Shown here piece by piece: positions 23,602 through 35,600 of a stretch of DNA of 64,000 bases (positions are counted from its first letter, which is position 1; each line of letters starts with the position of its first letter). Below the pieces are notes generated by a model. The model was not told the DNA's origin and ran no database searches. It saw only the letters and a list, made by a program, of their open reading frames with translations. Origin of the DNA: Tubiluchus corallicola (Eukaryota; Animalia; Priapulida); assembly GCA_030141605.1 (NCBI GenBank), contig JAQGDQ010000513.1, positions 1-64,000 on the forward strand. The letters are read 5' to 3'. Both the position numbers and the translations under genes were made by a program.

Positions 23602-26600
23602 TGTATGTATATGTATATATATGTATATTATTATATATATATTATACATAATACTGCCCTTGAGGCAGAGAAAACCATCTCTGCATCCAATAAGTATCAA
23701 ATACCATACTAGAGGGCAAATCTTGGCAGACAGCAAATCAATAAACGCTTTTAAGAAAAAATCTTTACGAAATCTTTAATAGTTCAACTGTATTAAGACT
23801 TCAATAAGACACAACACCTGGATCATGATTCGTAACAGTCACATCGAAAGTTTCTTATTATACACACTAAAATGCATTTAAATTGCAATATGGTCATGAT
23901 TTTATTTTATTTTCATTAGCTTTTTTCAGAAAAGAAATCCCTTGATTAGCAAAACTTGTAAAAAATTATGAATTATATTAATGCATAGATGAAACCTATT
24001 GTAGTTTCATTATTTTGTTCCCTAAAGTGAAATACACTCGTATCTCGGTTCGTCATAAAGCGGGGAGACGTCGGTGCGTATTGACCAATACTAAGCTAAT
24101 ACAGTAGGCACTGTGTATTAGACTCACGGTAATGTAGGATCAATCGCCTAACTGTCTGAAAAACATCTAGTATGGGCCACTCCGGACATACAAGCTTCAC
24201 ACGTGTCGTTACACGCCGCTTGGTTGCACCAATGTAATGATGTAAACAAAGTGGCATCCCACCAACTAGCGGTCAACTCGCGAAAAAACGAACTGTGTCC
24301 GTAGTATGCGGTACCTTCGACGGTCCAGATTTTGTCCGACTTTTCGTATATCCTTAAAAGTGAGGTCTGGCAAACCGAGAGATGAGTGTAAATAAACTAA
24401 AATGAAACAAAACAAAGCAGCTTACTTCTTTGATGAGGCTTCCGTTTTCAAGTGTTTGGTGGAATAATTCTTTTGCCTGTGTTAAGACAGAAGCCACAAT
24501 CAGCAGCGGATCACAACACCTGAAATGCAACAAACAAACAAAAATCAAAAATTTGTTATTTATGTGACTAAAATTTATCTCAAACACTTGTTGGCATCCT
24601 TCTGTCTCAGAAGACAATGGAGTGTGTGCCAAGAGAGTCAGTTATTGATCACATTGATGGAGCTGCAGCGTCGACTGTGGCTGAGCAGTGCGATCCTTAA
24701 ATGTCTGCAGGGCGCACGACTGGGCAAGGTATGGAGATTCTGAGTTGCCCAGACAACAGGAACCCCCTCTCTTCCTCCCTGGTGTATTCCAAAGGATAGC
24801 AGAGCGATAAGTTTGGCACCAAGATGGCTGCAGGAGCTGCCGGAGTCAGCGAGCATGCTGCACTGGTCCGCCTTCAGGGCTCCACTCCTGATTTGGAAGG
24901 TTTACTCTACACATGGTCGTTGAGTCACTTGACCTCCTCCGCCCTCTAGCAGTTGGCTGCTTGTGCAGCTCCTCCGCCTAGTGTCGAGATACTTTGTGGG
25001 CATCCCGCAAGCCTACAGCACCTGGCATTCCTAGGCGGTCACCCATCCAAGTACTAACCCGGCTCTACGTTGCTTAACGTCGGTGATTAGACGAGAACCA
25101 GTGTTTTCAACGTGATTTGGCCATAGTCTATCTCAAACACTACTGATTCGTAAAACACCCGTGAGATATTACGCAAGTGCAAAGACAAGCATCAAGTACC
25201 TGTAGTATTTTGCAGACGTAATAAAGAAATTGTGATATCTGTATAAAATGCAACAGAATAGTGCAGAAACTTTATTTATCACTGAACAAACAAACGGCGC
25301 AATTGCAATGTATTTCATCGATAGTTTAGTATAAGGCAGAACTAATAAGACAGTTTTATGCTGATAGAATACAACATTCTGACGACGATTTTTCTAATGA
25401 AAATGCAAACAATGTGATTGCCTAGGGTCTATTACTAGTACAGCAGCATTCGCAAGTTTGTAATTTAACGCTTATTTCTAGCTACCTTGTGAGGGTATGA
25501 TGATGATGACGATGACGGCAGCGGTGGCGAGGACGACAATGCAAGGCCGCATCGAAACGTAAGCAACAAAGAGGTGCCATGATGTTATCAATAACAGCTT
25601 TTGCTTTGGTTGCATTATGGAGTGTTCCCAAAAACAAATCCGCTTAAGAAAATATTCTAAAAAACAATGCCAACTGTGGGGAACAATGCACTTCTGACAA
25701 AATCTAAAAATCTAAATCTAAATAATCAGTTATGTAACATCCACAGGCAGGATATGAAATAAATTATTGGCAGAAGCCCAGGCACATTCCTTTTCTCAAA
25801 AAAGTATATATTTCTGGGAAAAAACAACAAAAAAAGCCAGAAACAGATTTTTGCACTTTAATTTTCTAAAGTGACTCAATTTCAAAAATAAACCATCATT
25901 ACAGGTTTGATGTGTGAATGTTTAGTGCACACACACACACACACACACACCACACACAAACACACACACGGGGGTTTATTAACAAACAGGCTAACTAGAG
26001 TATAGCCTAGGGTGCCAAAGTTTGAGAGGCGTCTTATTTTAGAAAAAATTCTTATTCTCCTCAGAAAATGTGTATACTTTCATATTCATGTAAATGGTGC
26101 ATTTTGTAACACACAACAGGCAGTTATACATAAGTCTTTATATAAGTACCACACAACGAACAGGTGCAAGGTATTACACAGAAGCACTTGCGCTGCCTAC
26201 TTGAATATAAGTGCTATGCAAATACATGTAACTAATAATGACAACATAGAAACTGGGTTACTAGTGTTTCTAATACACCACAAATAATTGCTTAATCTGC
26301 TCATTACATAAAAACCATAAATTCACAATAGAGATGAGCGGGACAGAAATTATACACAATTCAAAGATAAATAGCATTATTGTTCTAACACCACAAAAAC
26401 CCACATACCTAAACAAAGTGGCATAAACCAACATTTTTGAAAGGCGCGGATGGGAAGTGAAATGAGCTAATCTTCGTCCAAGTATCGTGAGATTTTCCTC
26501 CTCGTCCATTATTCCCAGACTCTGAAGAACTTCTACAGCGCTTTCAACTACGAAAAAAAGAAAGAAAGACAACCTTGTAAACTGGACTCTACCAAGTCCA

Positions 26601-29600
26601 GAATTGTGTGCTTGCAAACCAAAACTGTCCATAAGTCGGCATAGCTAAAACTACGTTATGGTGCTTCAAAGTGGTCAATTGTCAATTTTCTGTTTTTTCA
26701 TAAAAAACAAATGCTGAATATATTGGACTTTTGTATTCTAGCCTCAAATTATCAAGAAAATATTCAAAAAACACTAAACATCTAATTTTTTAACCCCGTA
26801 TCTACTTTTCTGGCTAGAGACTAATACTGCAGATGTAAAAAAACTCGTATTTTCAAACTCCAATAGTAGCTAGTAGAAGCAGTCATTTTGCTTTGGATTT
26901 TTTCTCTTACCAAGACCAGACGTCCATCAGTAAGAGCCGTCTACTGGGTTTAAACACAACTTCAATATACTCTTGCAAAGTCCGTAACAACCAACATTTG
27001 TACAGTTGCTAAGTGTTTAGTAGAAACGTGACAAAAACAATGACTGACTTTAACAGTGGTTTTCTCAAGGTTATGTTTTTCAGTGTGTACCAGCTCTTCA
27101 ACTTCAATGTGGATTATCTCAGCTTAGAAATAACATAACAGCAATGAGCTTGATATTAAAATGATCCTCATGAAATGGAGTTTCAGGATACATGAATAAC
27201 TAGAAAAGCTTAATTGCCAACGTATGGACTAAATTTGGCTAATTATCAAAACAGTTGATCTTTTTTATTGCTAATTATCAAAACAATTGATCTTTTTTAT
27301 GGCTAATTATCAAAACAATTGATCTTTTTTATGGCTACTAACATTTTATATATTATCTGCCACCATGTATAATGTGTCTGCAGTATTAAAAACTACGCAA
27401 GAAAAGAGACATCATTATTTCGCCTACTTGCTTGCTTGTCCGGTGGTTCCAGTGACAACGCCAAAAACTCATTTGCTGTCTTGTCATTAGAGTACAACTT
27501 GGCTTCCAAAACGAGTTGTTCAAGAGGCACACGGTGCATCTCAGGTAACAAATAAGGGCTCATCTGCCTTACCGTATCCGCATCAAATAAATGAAAGCAC
27601 TCTCCCGACCGGACACGCCCTGCGCGACCACGCCTCTGCCTTATGCTGGCTTGCGATGCCCAAACAGTATCAAGGCAGCTTATCTACAAGTAAATACAGG
27701 ATGTCTCAAAAAGTCACTCGCTAATCTGATTTTTGCTACTAATCGATACTAATGCGCCTTTTCACAGTTCCAGCGATTGATGATGATCATGAAAAGGTCA
27801 AAGGTTAACTACAGCAGACAACGAGTTTGTGTACACTTGACAATGCCTCGCAGCCCATGTTGTTGTAACAGTAACAATTTTAACAGCTAGCTAGAACCTT
27901 ACCTAGTTCATTTTTTCTCGTTCTCAAACAAGATTCTGCTAGTAAATCACTCTACGCACAGACTAATGTATAATTAAGTAAAGTCCACGTAAAACAATTG
28001 AAGTTGTTGAACTGAAGGGGAAAATGCTTTTCTTTACCCACACGTCACGTGACGGTTGTAGTTAAGATGCAGTACTGTAGTACACTTAACCTTTGACCTA
28101 CAGCAACTGTGCATGCGCATAGCGAAACTGTGAGAAGGCTTATTGGAACAAGGCCACATCTAAATTTTACAAGTGCACTCTTGATAGTGTTTGACGCGAT
28201 ACAGGTTACATATTTTTCTAATCTACTTTCATAAGTCACTCACAAATCTGATTGTTCAATAGCAATATCAATCGACTAATGACGTTCATTTTGCTTGCTT
28301 GATTATAGAGTTGGTTCCATAGTGGGTATTTGTCCTAACTTGTTTTAGATTGCTTGTTCTGGAATTAAAGATAGGATTTTGAAAAAAGCTAAATCTGTTA
28401 TTCTGGAATGGTTTGCTGATGTTGTTAATGTATTTAAATATAAACAGACCTGCACATTAGACCTGAATTTTACACCTGACACGCTGTCTAATGTCGATTT
28501 GCCCTAGACCTTTGTTTGCACTAGACCTATGAATCCAAGTTTGATGCCTCCAAAATTCTCATGAATCACAGACTCAGCAACCAAAATTGATATGCTGTTT
28601 GTAATTGCTATTTTAGCAGATTTTTACAAATAACGAGGATTCATTAAACACCTTCCACTGTTATTTACGTGTTTGCACAGCAAAATCGTCCATAAGTCGG
28701 CAATTACGCTTTTCTAGTTATTCACACATCGTGAATCTCCATTTCATGAGGATCATTTTGATACCAAGTTCATCATTCTATGTTATTTTTAAGCTGAGAT
28801 AATCTACGTTGAAATTGAGGTGCAGGCTGCGCACTGATAAACTTAACCTTGAGAAAACCACTGTTAAAGTTAGCCATTGCATTTTGTCGCATTTCTACAA
28901 AACACTTAGCAACCGCACAAATGTTGGTTGCTAAGCACTTTGCAAGAACACACTGGCGTTATGTTTAAATCCAATAGATGGCTCTTTCTGACGAAACTCT
29001 GGGCTTGGCAAAAGAAAAAAACCAGAAGCAAAATACCAGCTTCCACTAGCTAAACTGCATTTTGAATATAGCAGTTTTCTACAATTGCATTACTGGTTTC
29101 TAGAAAAGTGGGTAAGGAGTTAAAAAATTAATTTTTTAGTGTTTTTGAACACTTTCTTGATAATTTGATGCGAGAATATAAAAGTCAAATATATTTAGCA
29201 TTTGTTTTTATAAAATATGAAAAATTTACATTTGACCAAATTTTTGGTGCATTCTATTTTGAGGCATCATATGCCGACTTATGGACGGTTTTGGTTTGCA
29301 CGCACGCATATAATCAATCAACAATCTACAATACAAACTGTTCTCTCAAAATAACATCTCAACTCGTCCACAGTAAAGCCCAACAGTAAACTGCAAATGG
29401 TACATTAGAAGTTGACATTACTTTGAAGATAAAGCACTTTTCGCTTACCCCTTTTTTATGATTGTGAGTCTGAATTCTCTCTATGCCAGGATCAATAACA
29501 TAAACGATGTCGTTAATAGTCATGGCTGTTTCAGTTATATTTGTCGACAGGACAATCTTTCTGTTAGATTCTGGTAACCTGGATACAAATACACAAGAGA

Positions 29601-32600
29601 AACATGGCAAGCTGTATAGATTGTGCTAAAAGTATTCGTATCTATTAATTTCGGTGGTATAGGATAATAATAATAATAATAATAATAATAATTTTAATAA
29701 TAATAATAATAATAATAATAATCTTTATCTAAAGTCAGCTTTTGGGTCAACCATTAACATTAGCTCAAAGAGCTATTATCGCCAACTGTAAATAACAACC
29801 TACAACTACATAACAGAGACTATTATTACCCCACTTTTGCCGTAAATACCACGTGTCAGGCAGGGCAACAGCAGGTACCATTTTTAAAGTCTTTGGTATG
29901 ACCCGCTGGTTCGAACTCACGACGTCCCAGATGGAAAGCAGACGCATTACCACTAGACTAAACCGTCTGGTCGCATATATATATATATATACACAAGATT
30001 TGCGGCTACAGCGCCATTTTTGGCGATCTATATATCAAATAAAAGGTCTCGATCTAGTGTGGTCCCATTGAGTGTTTATTTTTTGAATTGGGACCACCAG
30101 GGGTAAACGGAGAGTGAAAAAATTTAAAATTTGTGTGTAATATTCAGATGCAATAACCCAGCCAAATATGCAAGTAACGCATTCATTGTTTCATTATTGT
30201 TTTTATCAATCATTTTAAAGCTTTGTATCCAAAGAGAGCCGTCAATTTATTCTGTATAAGGCACAATAACTGTATACTTTAGAGACTAATTTTAAATCGC
30301 AAAATTATAGCTACGTAGAATAGGGTTAACCTGTTAAGTTCCCGAGTTGGGCTTCATCTGCTACCTGAATCAACCGTGTACGACGAGAAAGGTGAAGCCT
30401 GTATACCAGTACGGGCGTTGAATTGAAACGAGTAACAGGTCCGTGAAAGCGGTTACTTTTACTGGGTCCAAACGACAGTTTGGTCGTCACGTTAATGGTT
30501 ATAGCAGAAATGTTATGAGTATGACCGATGGTTGCTGTTGCCATAAGAATTGACTTTAACAAGTTGTGGAAGCACAAAGAAACCATATGGACTAATATGA
30601 AAATAATAGTCATTGCTGGGTTTCGAGATGCGGAGGCGACCACAAAGCAGTGAGGTTGTGACTAACAATCTGACTCGGATTCTCCGTTCATCCCATCTGG
30701 CCGAGACGCTAGCCGAATACGGAACTCCTGTGGAGACACACGGAGCGGGCGTGCGCTTTGGAAAAGTGGATAGCTCAATGGACACTCTTATCTACATGCT
30801 GACAACCTGCAAATGTGTTGCAGTTGAAGCAAGAAAGAGCCAGGAAAGCTGGTAGCGTAAGTGGGTAGGAACTAACCCTTTTATTTCAGTATTGTAGTTA
30901 TTTGGTACTTGTTAAACATAATTGCTCTAAGAAATGTGTTGTTGTACCTCAATAAACATGTTTTTTCATTAGCTTAAACAAGTGATAAAGATGATTTTAA
31001 AACAAATGCTAGGCTATAAAAAACATCAGTGAAAGATTCTTGAGAGTTTAACAGTAAAGCAACGATTGAAGGAATTTGAAATGCAATGATATCCAAAAGA
31101 ACCAATCCCCGTCTAGGCATGGCCCCGTAGAGATACCTAGACCATTTCTCCATTTTCTGACACGTTATTTTAGGCTAATACATTCTAACGTTAGGTCTTG
31201 CTCAGGCATGGCCGTAAATATATTTTTAAAATTTCCCCAGAGACTACCTCTCTCCCTGTGTTCAGTGTGTAAACACCCCCTTCGCATGACAGGGAGGGCC
31301 ATGGTTTCTACAACGTGCGTTTTTCCGGACCCAGCTCCCGATTTTTTGGCCAAAAAGCCTGTAGAAAAAACGTTCTAGCGGTGCCTGGTGGGAATCACTG
31401 AAGGAGATACATAGCTCTTTAGAAACAGGAGGAAGACGGCTACATGATAAACATGGGTCACAGTTTAGAATGCCTCCACTGAAATTATTGGCGACGGGTT
31501 GATTACAGGTTCCAATTTCGGCAATTCTCGCTTAGAAACTACTGTGATGTTTTCATTATTTTGACGTCATTCCATTACACTCTGCCTGTAATTTTGCTTC
31601 AGTAAAAGCTACTGCTGGCTTTGCGTTGGGTAAACAAACGAACACTAGGTAGAATGTTCACGCATTGTTGATTATAAGCGGATTCATATGCAAAATGTCC
31701 GGGACCCAGCTCGCGATTTTTTCGAAATTTTGATAAAACAGCATGTGGAAAAAACGTTCTAGCGGCGCCTGGTCGAACTCTCGCAAGGAGATATATAGCT
31801 CTTTAGAAAGAGGAAGAACAGGGCTACATAATGATGTGGGCTATATTTTAGGACACGTCCACCAAAAGGAGTACCGACAAGTTAATTACATGTTCTATTT
31901 TTGGCACAATTTCCGCTCGGAAAACTGCTGACGCAAAGCCATTGTTCTGACGTCATCCATTATACTCTGTCTATAACCTTATAAATTTAATTCAGTAAAA
32001 GCTGCTGCTGGCTTTGCGTTATAAAAGAGGACTAGGTATAATGTTCGCGCATTGTTGATTATAAGTGTATTTATGCGCAAATTTTTTTGCGGGGCCTTTG
32101 CTAGTTTTGTTATAATTGCAGAAGTAGACACTAAAGAGCTCTGCTGAAAAGTCTCGTGTCTTTCAGATTAGTTATGACTGCATATATGCTGCACTTTTCT
32201 GATAATCTGCTAGGCAGAAAGACAGATTTGTTATTATGTAATGGGAAATACCGTTTTCACTGTTTAATAAACTATACTTATACAAAGTGAACGAACACAA
32301 AATTTTTGATATTCACCTTGTGAAAATCTTATTCTGCTCTTCTTGCGCAATTCGTGAATGCACCGGAAAAATCGAGTATCGATCAGCGTCAGACAATTCT
32401 GCCTTCAACAAGTCTCTGACTAGAGAAATTTCTTGCCAACCAGGAAGAAAGACTAATATGCCTCCCTAAAAAGATACAGAAATCTATTACAGTAGGTGCT
32501 GCTTAATAGACTCACTTTGCGATGGAAATATTTTGACCCAATTAGTCAATTGATTCAATTAGAAGACGGATGTAGCCTATTACTACTGTAGTAGTATGAG

Positions 32601-35600
32601 TACATTTTTGAGCACAAAATCAATGTAAAATGAATAAAAGCAGTAATAGCTCTTTGAGCACATACAAATGTCTTATTTTCAGCGCGCACAGTAAAAATCT
32701 TGAGTCAATTATGCGGAGTTATTTCACTCAGTTTTTATATACACTTGCATAGGAGTGGCCCACACAAGGCATTTTTGAGTCAATTAAGCATCTGAGTCGA
32801 TTAATCGTGATGTAACAGTAAAATGATTGTGAAGCACTTGGCAACACTTACAGGAGGTCTTGTATCACATATATGCTTGACTAAATTGGCAACGAAATCA
32901 CAATCGACTTTTGGTCTTGAAAGAGAAAGTGTTTGGTTAGTTTCATCTTCGTCGTCCGAATCCTGCCAAAAAGAAAATGCACCATTTATTATTAAATGTG
33001 GTGTGCTAGCATAGCAGAATCGTCCATAAGTCAGCAATTAGCTTTTCTAGTTATTCACGTATCCTGAATCTCTATTTCATGACGATCATTTTGATACCAA
33101 GTTCATCACTCTATGTTATTTCTAATCTGAGATAATCCACGTTGAAGTTGAGGTGCAGGCTGCACCCTGAAAAACATAACCTTGATAAAATTATTGTTAA
33201 AGTTAGCCATTGTTTTTGTCGCGTTTCTACAAAACACTTAGCAACTGTACGAAAGTGTGGTATGGATTTTGCAAGAACATGTTGAAGTTATGTTTAAATC
33301 CTGTAGATGGCTCTTCCTGACAAAGATCTGGGCTTGGCAATAGAAAAAACCCGAAGTAAAATGACTGGTTCCTCGAGCTACAATCAAAGTTTGAAAATAG
33401 GAGTTCTTTTACAATTGCAGTATTAGTCTCTAGCCAGAAAAGTGGATACGGGGTTAAAAAATTAGATGTTTAGTGCTTTTTGAACATTTTCTTGATAATT
33501 TGAGGCTAGAATACAAAAGTCCAATACATTTACCATTTGTTTTTTATAAAAAACAAAAAATTGACATTTGACCTAATTTTTGGTGCATTCTACTTTGAAG
33601 CATCATAACGTAGTTATACTGTTATACTGTCATGATTAGGGGTTAAGTGAGTACACTCATACGAACCCCATATAGTCTGAACTATGCCGACTTATGGACA
33701 GCTTTGGTTCGCACAAATATATTAATAGTCCCCTGCACTTAGTAGGAGCAGAACTTCATACAATGTACATAATCACTTTGCATGATCACTTTTATAATTC
33801 AGCGCAGGGCCCATCTATGCCAACTTTTATGCTCCGCAGCATTTTAGATTAAGCTTTCGAAGCACCGTAACCTTCAGCATTACCTGATTCTACTCATTTA
33901 ACAATACACTAAACCATGAAATATTTTTTTTGAAATTTGAGAAAATTGTAATGATAAAAAAACAACACGATGCCTTCAGAGCCTTTTTGAGATGAGATAC
34001 CAAAAAAAAATTTGGAGTACGTAGCTTAACACAGATACAACAAATACGCATTACGGATACTTGCTATGCTATTTGGTAGTATGGGCACCGCCAGAGTTTA
34101 AAAAATTTGACGCACAAGCAACTAGGGGGAGCCAAAAACACATCTTCCTCCATTTAAGCACATTTTGGAGGCCCGAAATGAGATCTAAATTCTGGTAAGT
34201 AGACTGCCTCAAACGTGAAAAATTCTGCTTCAATAAATATATTTTACCTACATTTACCTTGGTAATATTCATTGTATTCTATTGTAGTAGTCATATATTT
34301 TAAAAGCAAATTCGTAATACACTGCAATGCAGATGACCCATTACTTAAGCTTAATTTATTTAGTGTCAAGATTATCTACCCAGCAAAATGGATAGTCAAA
34401 CATAAAACTGATTTAAGACTGTTAAGTTCACAGCCCACCCACTGTCAAGATTATCTATCCAGCAAAATGTGAATAGTCAAACATAAAACTGATTTGAGAC
34501 TGTTAAGTTTACAGCCCACTCACTGTCAAGATTATCTAACCAGCAAAAAGTAGATAGTCAAACATAAAACTGATTTAAGACTGTTAAGTTTACAGCCCAC
34601 CCACTGTCAACATTATCTACCCAGCAAAATGTGAATAGTCAAACATAAAACTGATTTAAGACTGTTAAGTTTACAGCCCACCCACTGTCAAGATTATCTA
34701 TCCAGCAAAATGTGGATAGTCAAACATAAAACTGATTTAAGACTGTTAAGTTTACAGCCCACCTACTGTCAAGATTATCTACCCAGCAAAATGTGGATAG
34801 TCAAACATAAAACTGATTTAAGACTGTTAAGTTTACAGCCCACCCACTGTTCATACAAAATTTAATAAGGTTGCATGCGTGCTAATTTTCCCCACCAGAC
34901 ACAACTAAACGAGAGAACGTCTCAGCCACAAATGCATCTCTCTGCACTTTAGACCATTTTGCGATTGTTAGCAGCTATTTCCTCAGAGAAGTTCACTAGT
35001 TTAAAACTCATCATTTCACAAACAAACAAGGGTTGACGTGTTTCTTGGTTTACTGATAAAAAATTTTATTTAGCCATAAAAATTTTTTAATTTAAGAAAT
35101 TCTGTAGCTGCACGTGTGTTTAGTAGATGTTTGGTGCCTACGTTTGGTAGAAAAAATACATTATAATGCTCTTTTGTACAAATATTATTAATTACCTGTT
35201 GTTCAGAGAAGTTTGTCGTCCTGCAATCCAGCATTCTTTCAATGTCAGGTAAACAATGATCTGTCACCGGATGTAAAAAACCGGGAACATCTATTATCGG
35301 ACAACTACGTAAAACAAAAATGTGATCAACTGCTGCACATATAATAATGTATTAATGAATATCACTCATTTTAACATGTAACAAAAGTCAACGTTTATCC
35401 TTTTGTCAGCTTAATCTAAGCTAAATGACATAGAGAAAAACTGGATGATTGTGTAAACATGAGTTCAGAATAAAGAATGCTCTAGAATATTGAAAACTAC
35501 AACAGCTTATTTTAAATCAAAGCTTAGATTAAATAATAATTACCTCGGATACTCAAATTTTGTTAAACTTTCAAAGCTACGCGCGGCTCAGTGAAACTAC

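Noticed and set aside
25009-25128. Functional 5S rRNA gene
   Set aside because: Single copy, CpG-decayed, no oligo-T terminator, fused to RTE sequence and enclosed by a 13-bp TSD.
28140-28520. Coding exon ([18 protein letters not shown]); similar remnants at ~15350-15640 and ~53300-53800
   Set aside because: These look like old L2/CR1-group LINE 3' fragments, too decayed to delimit.
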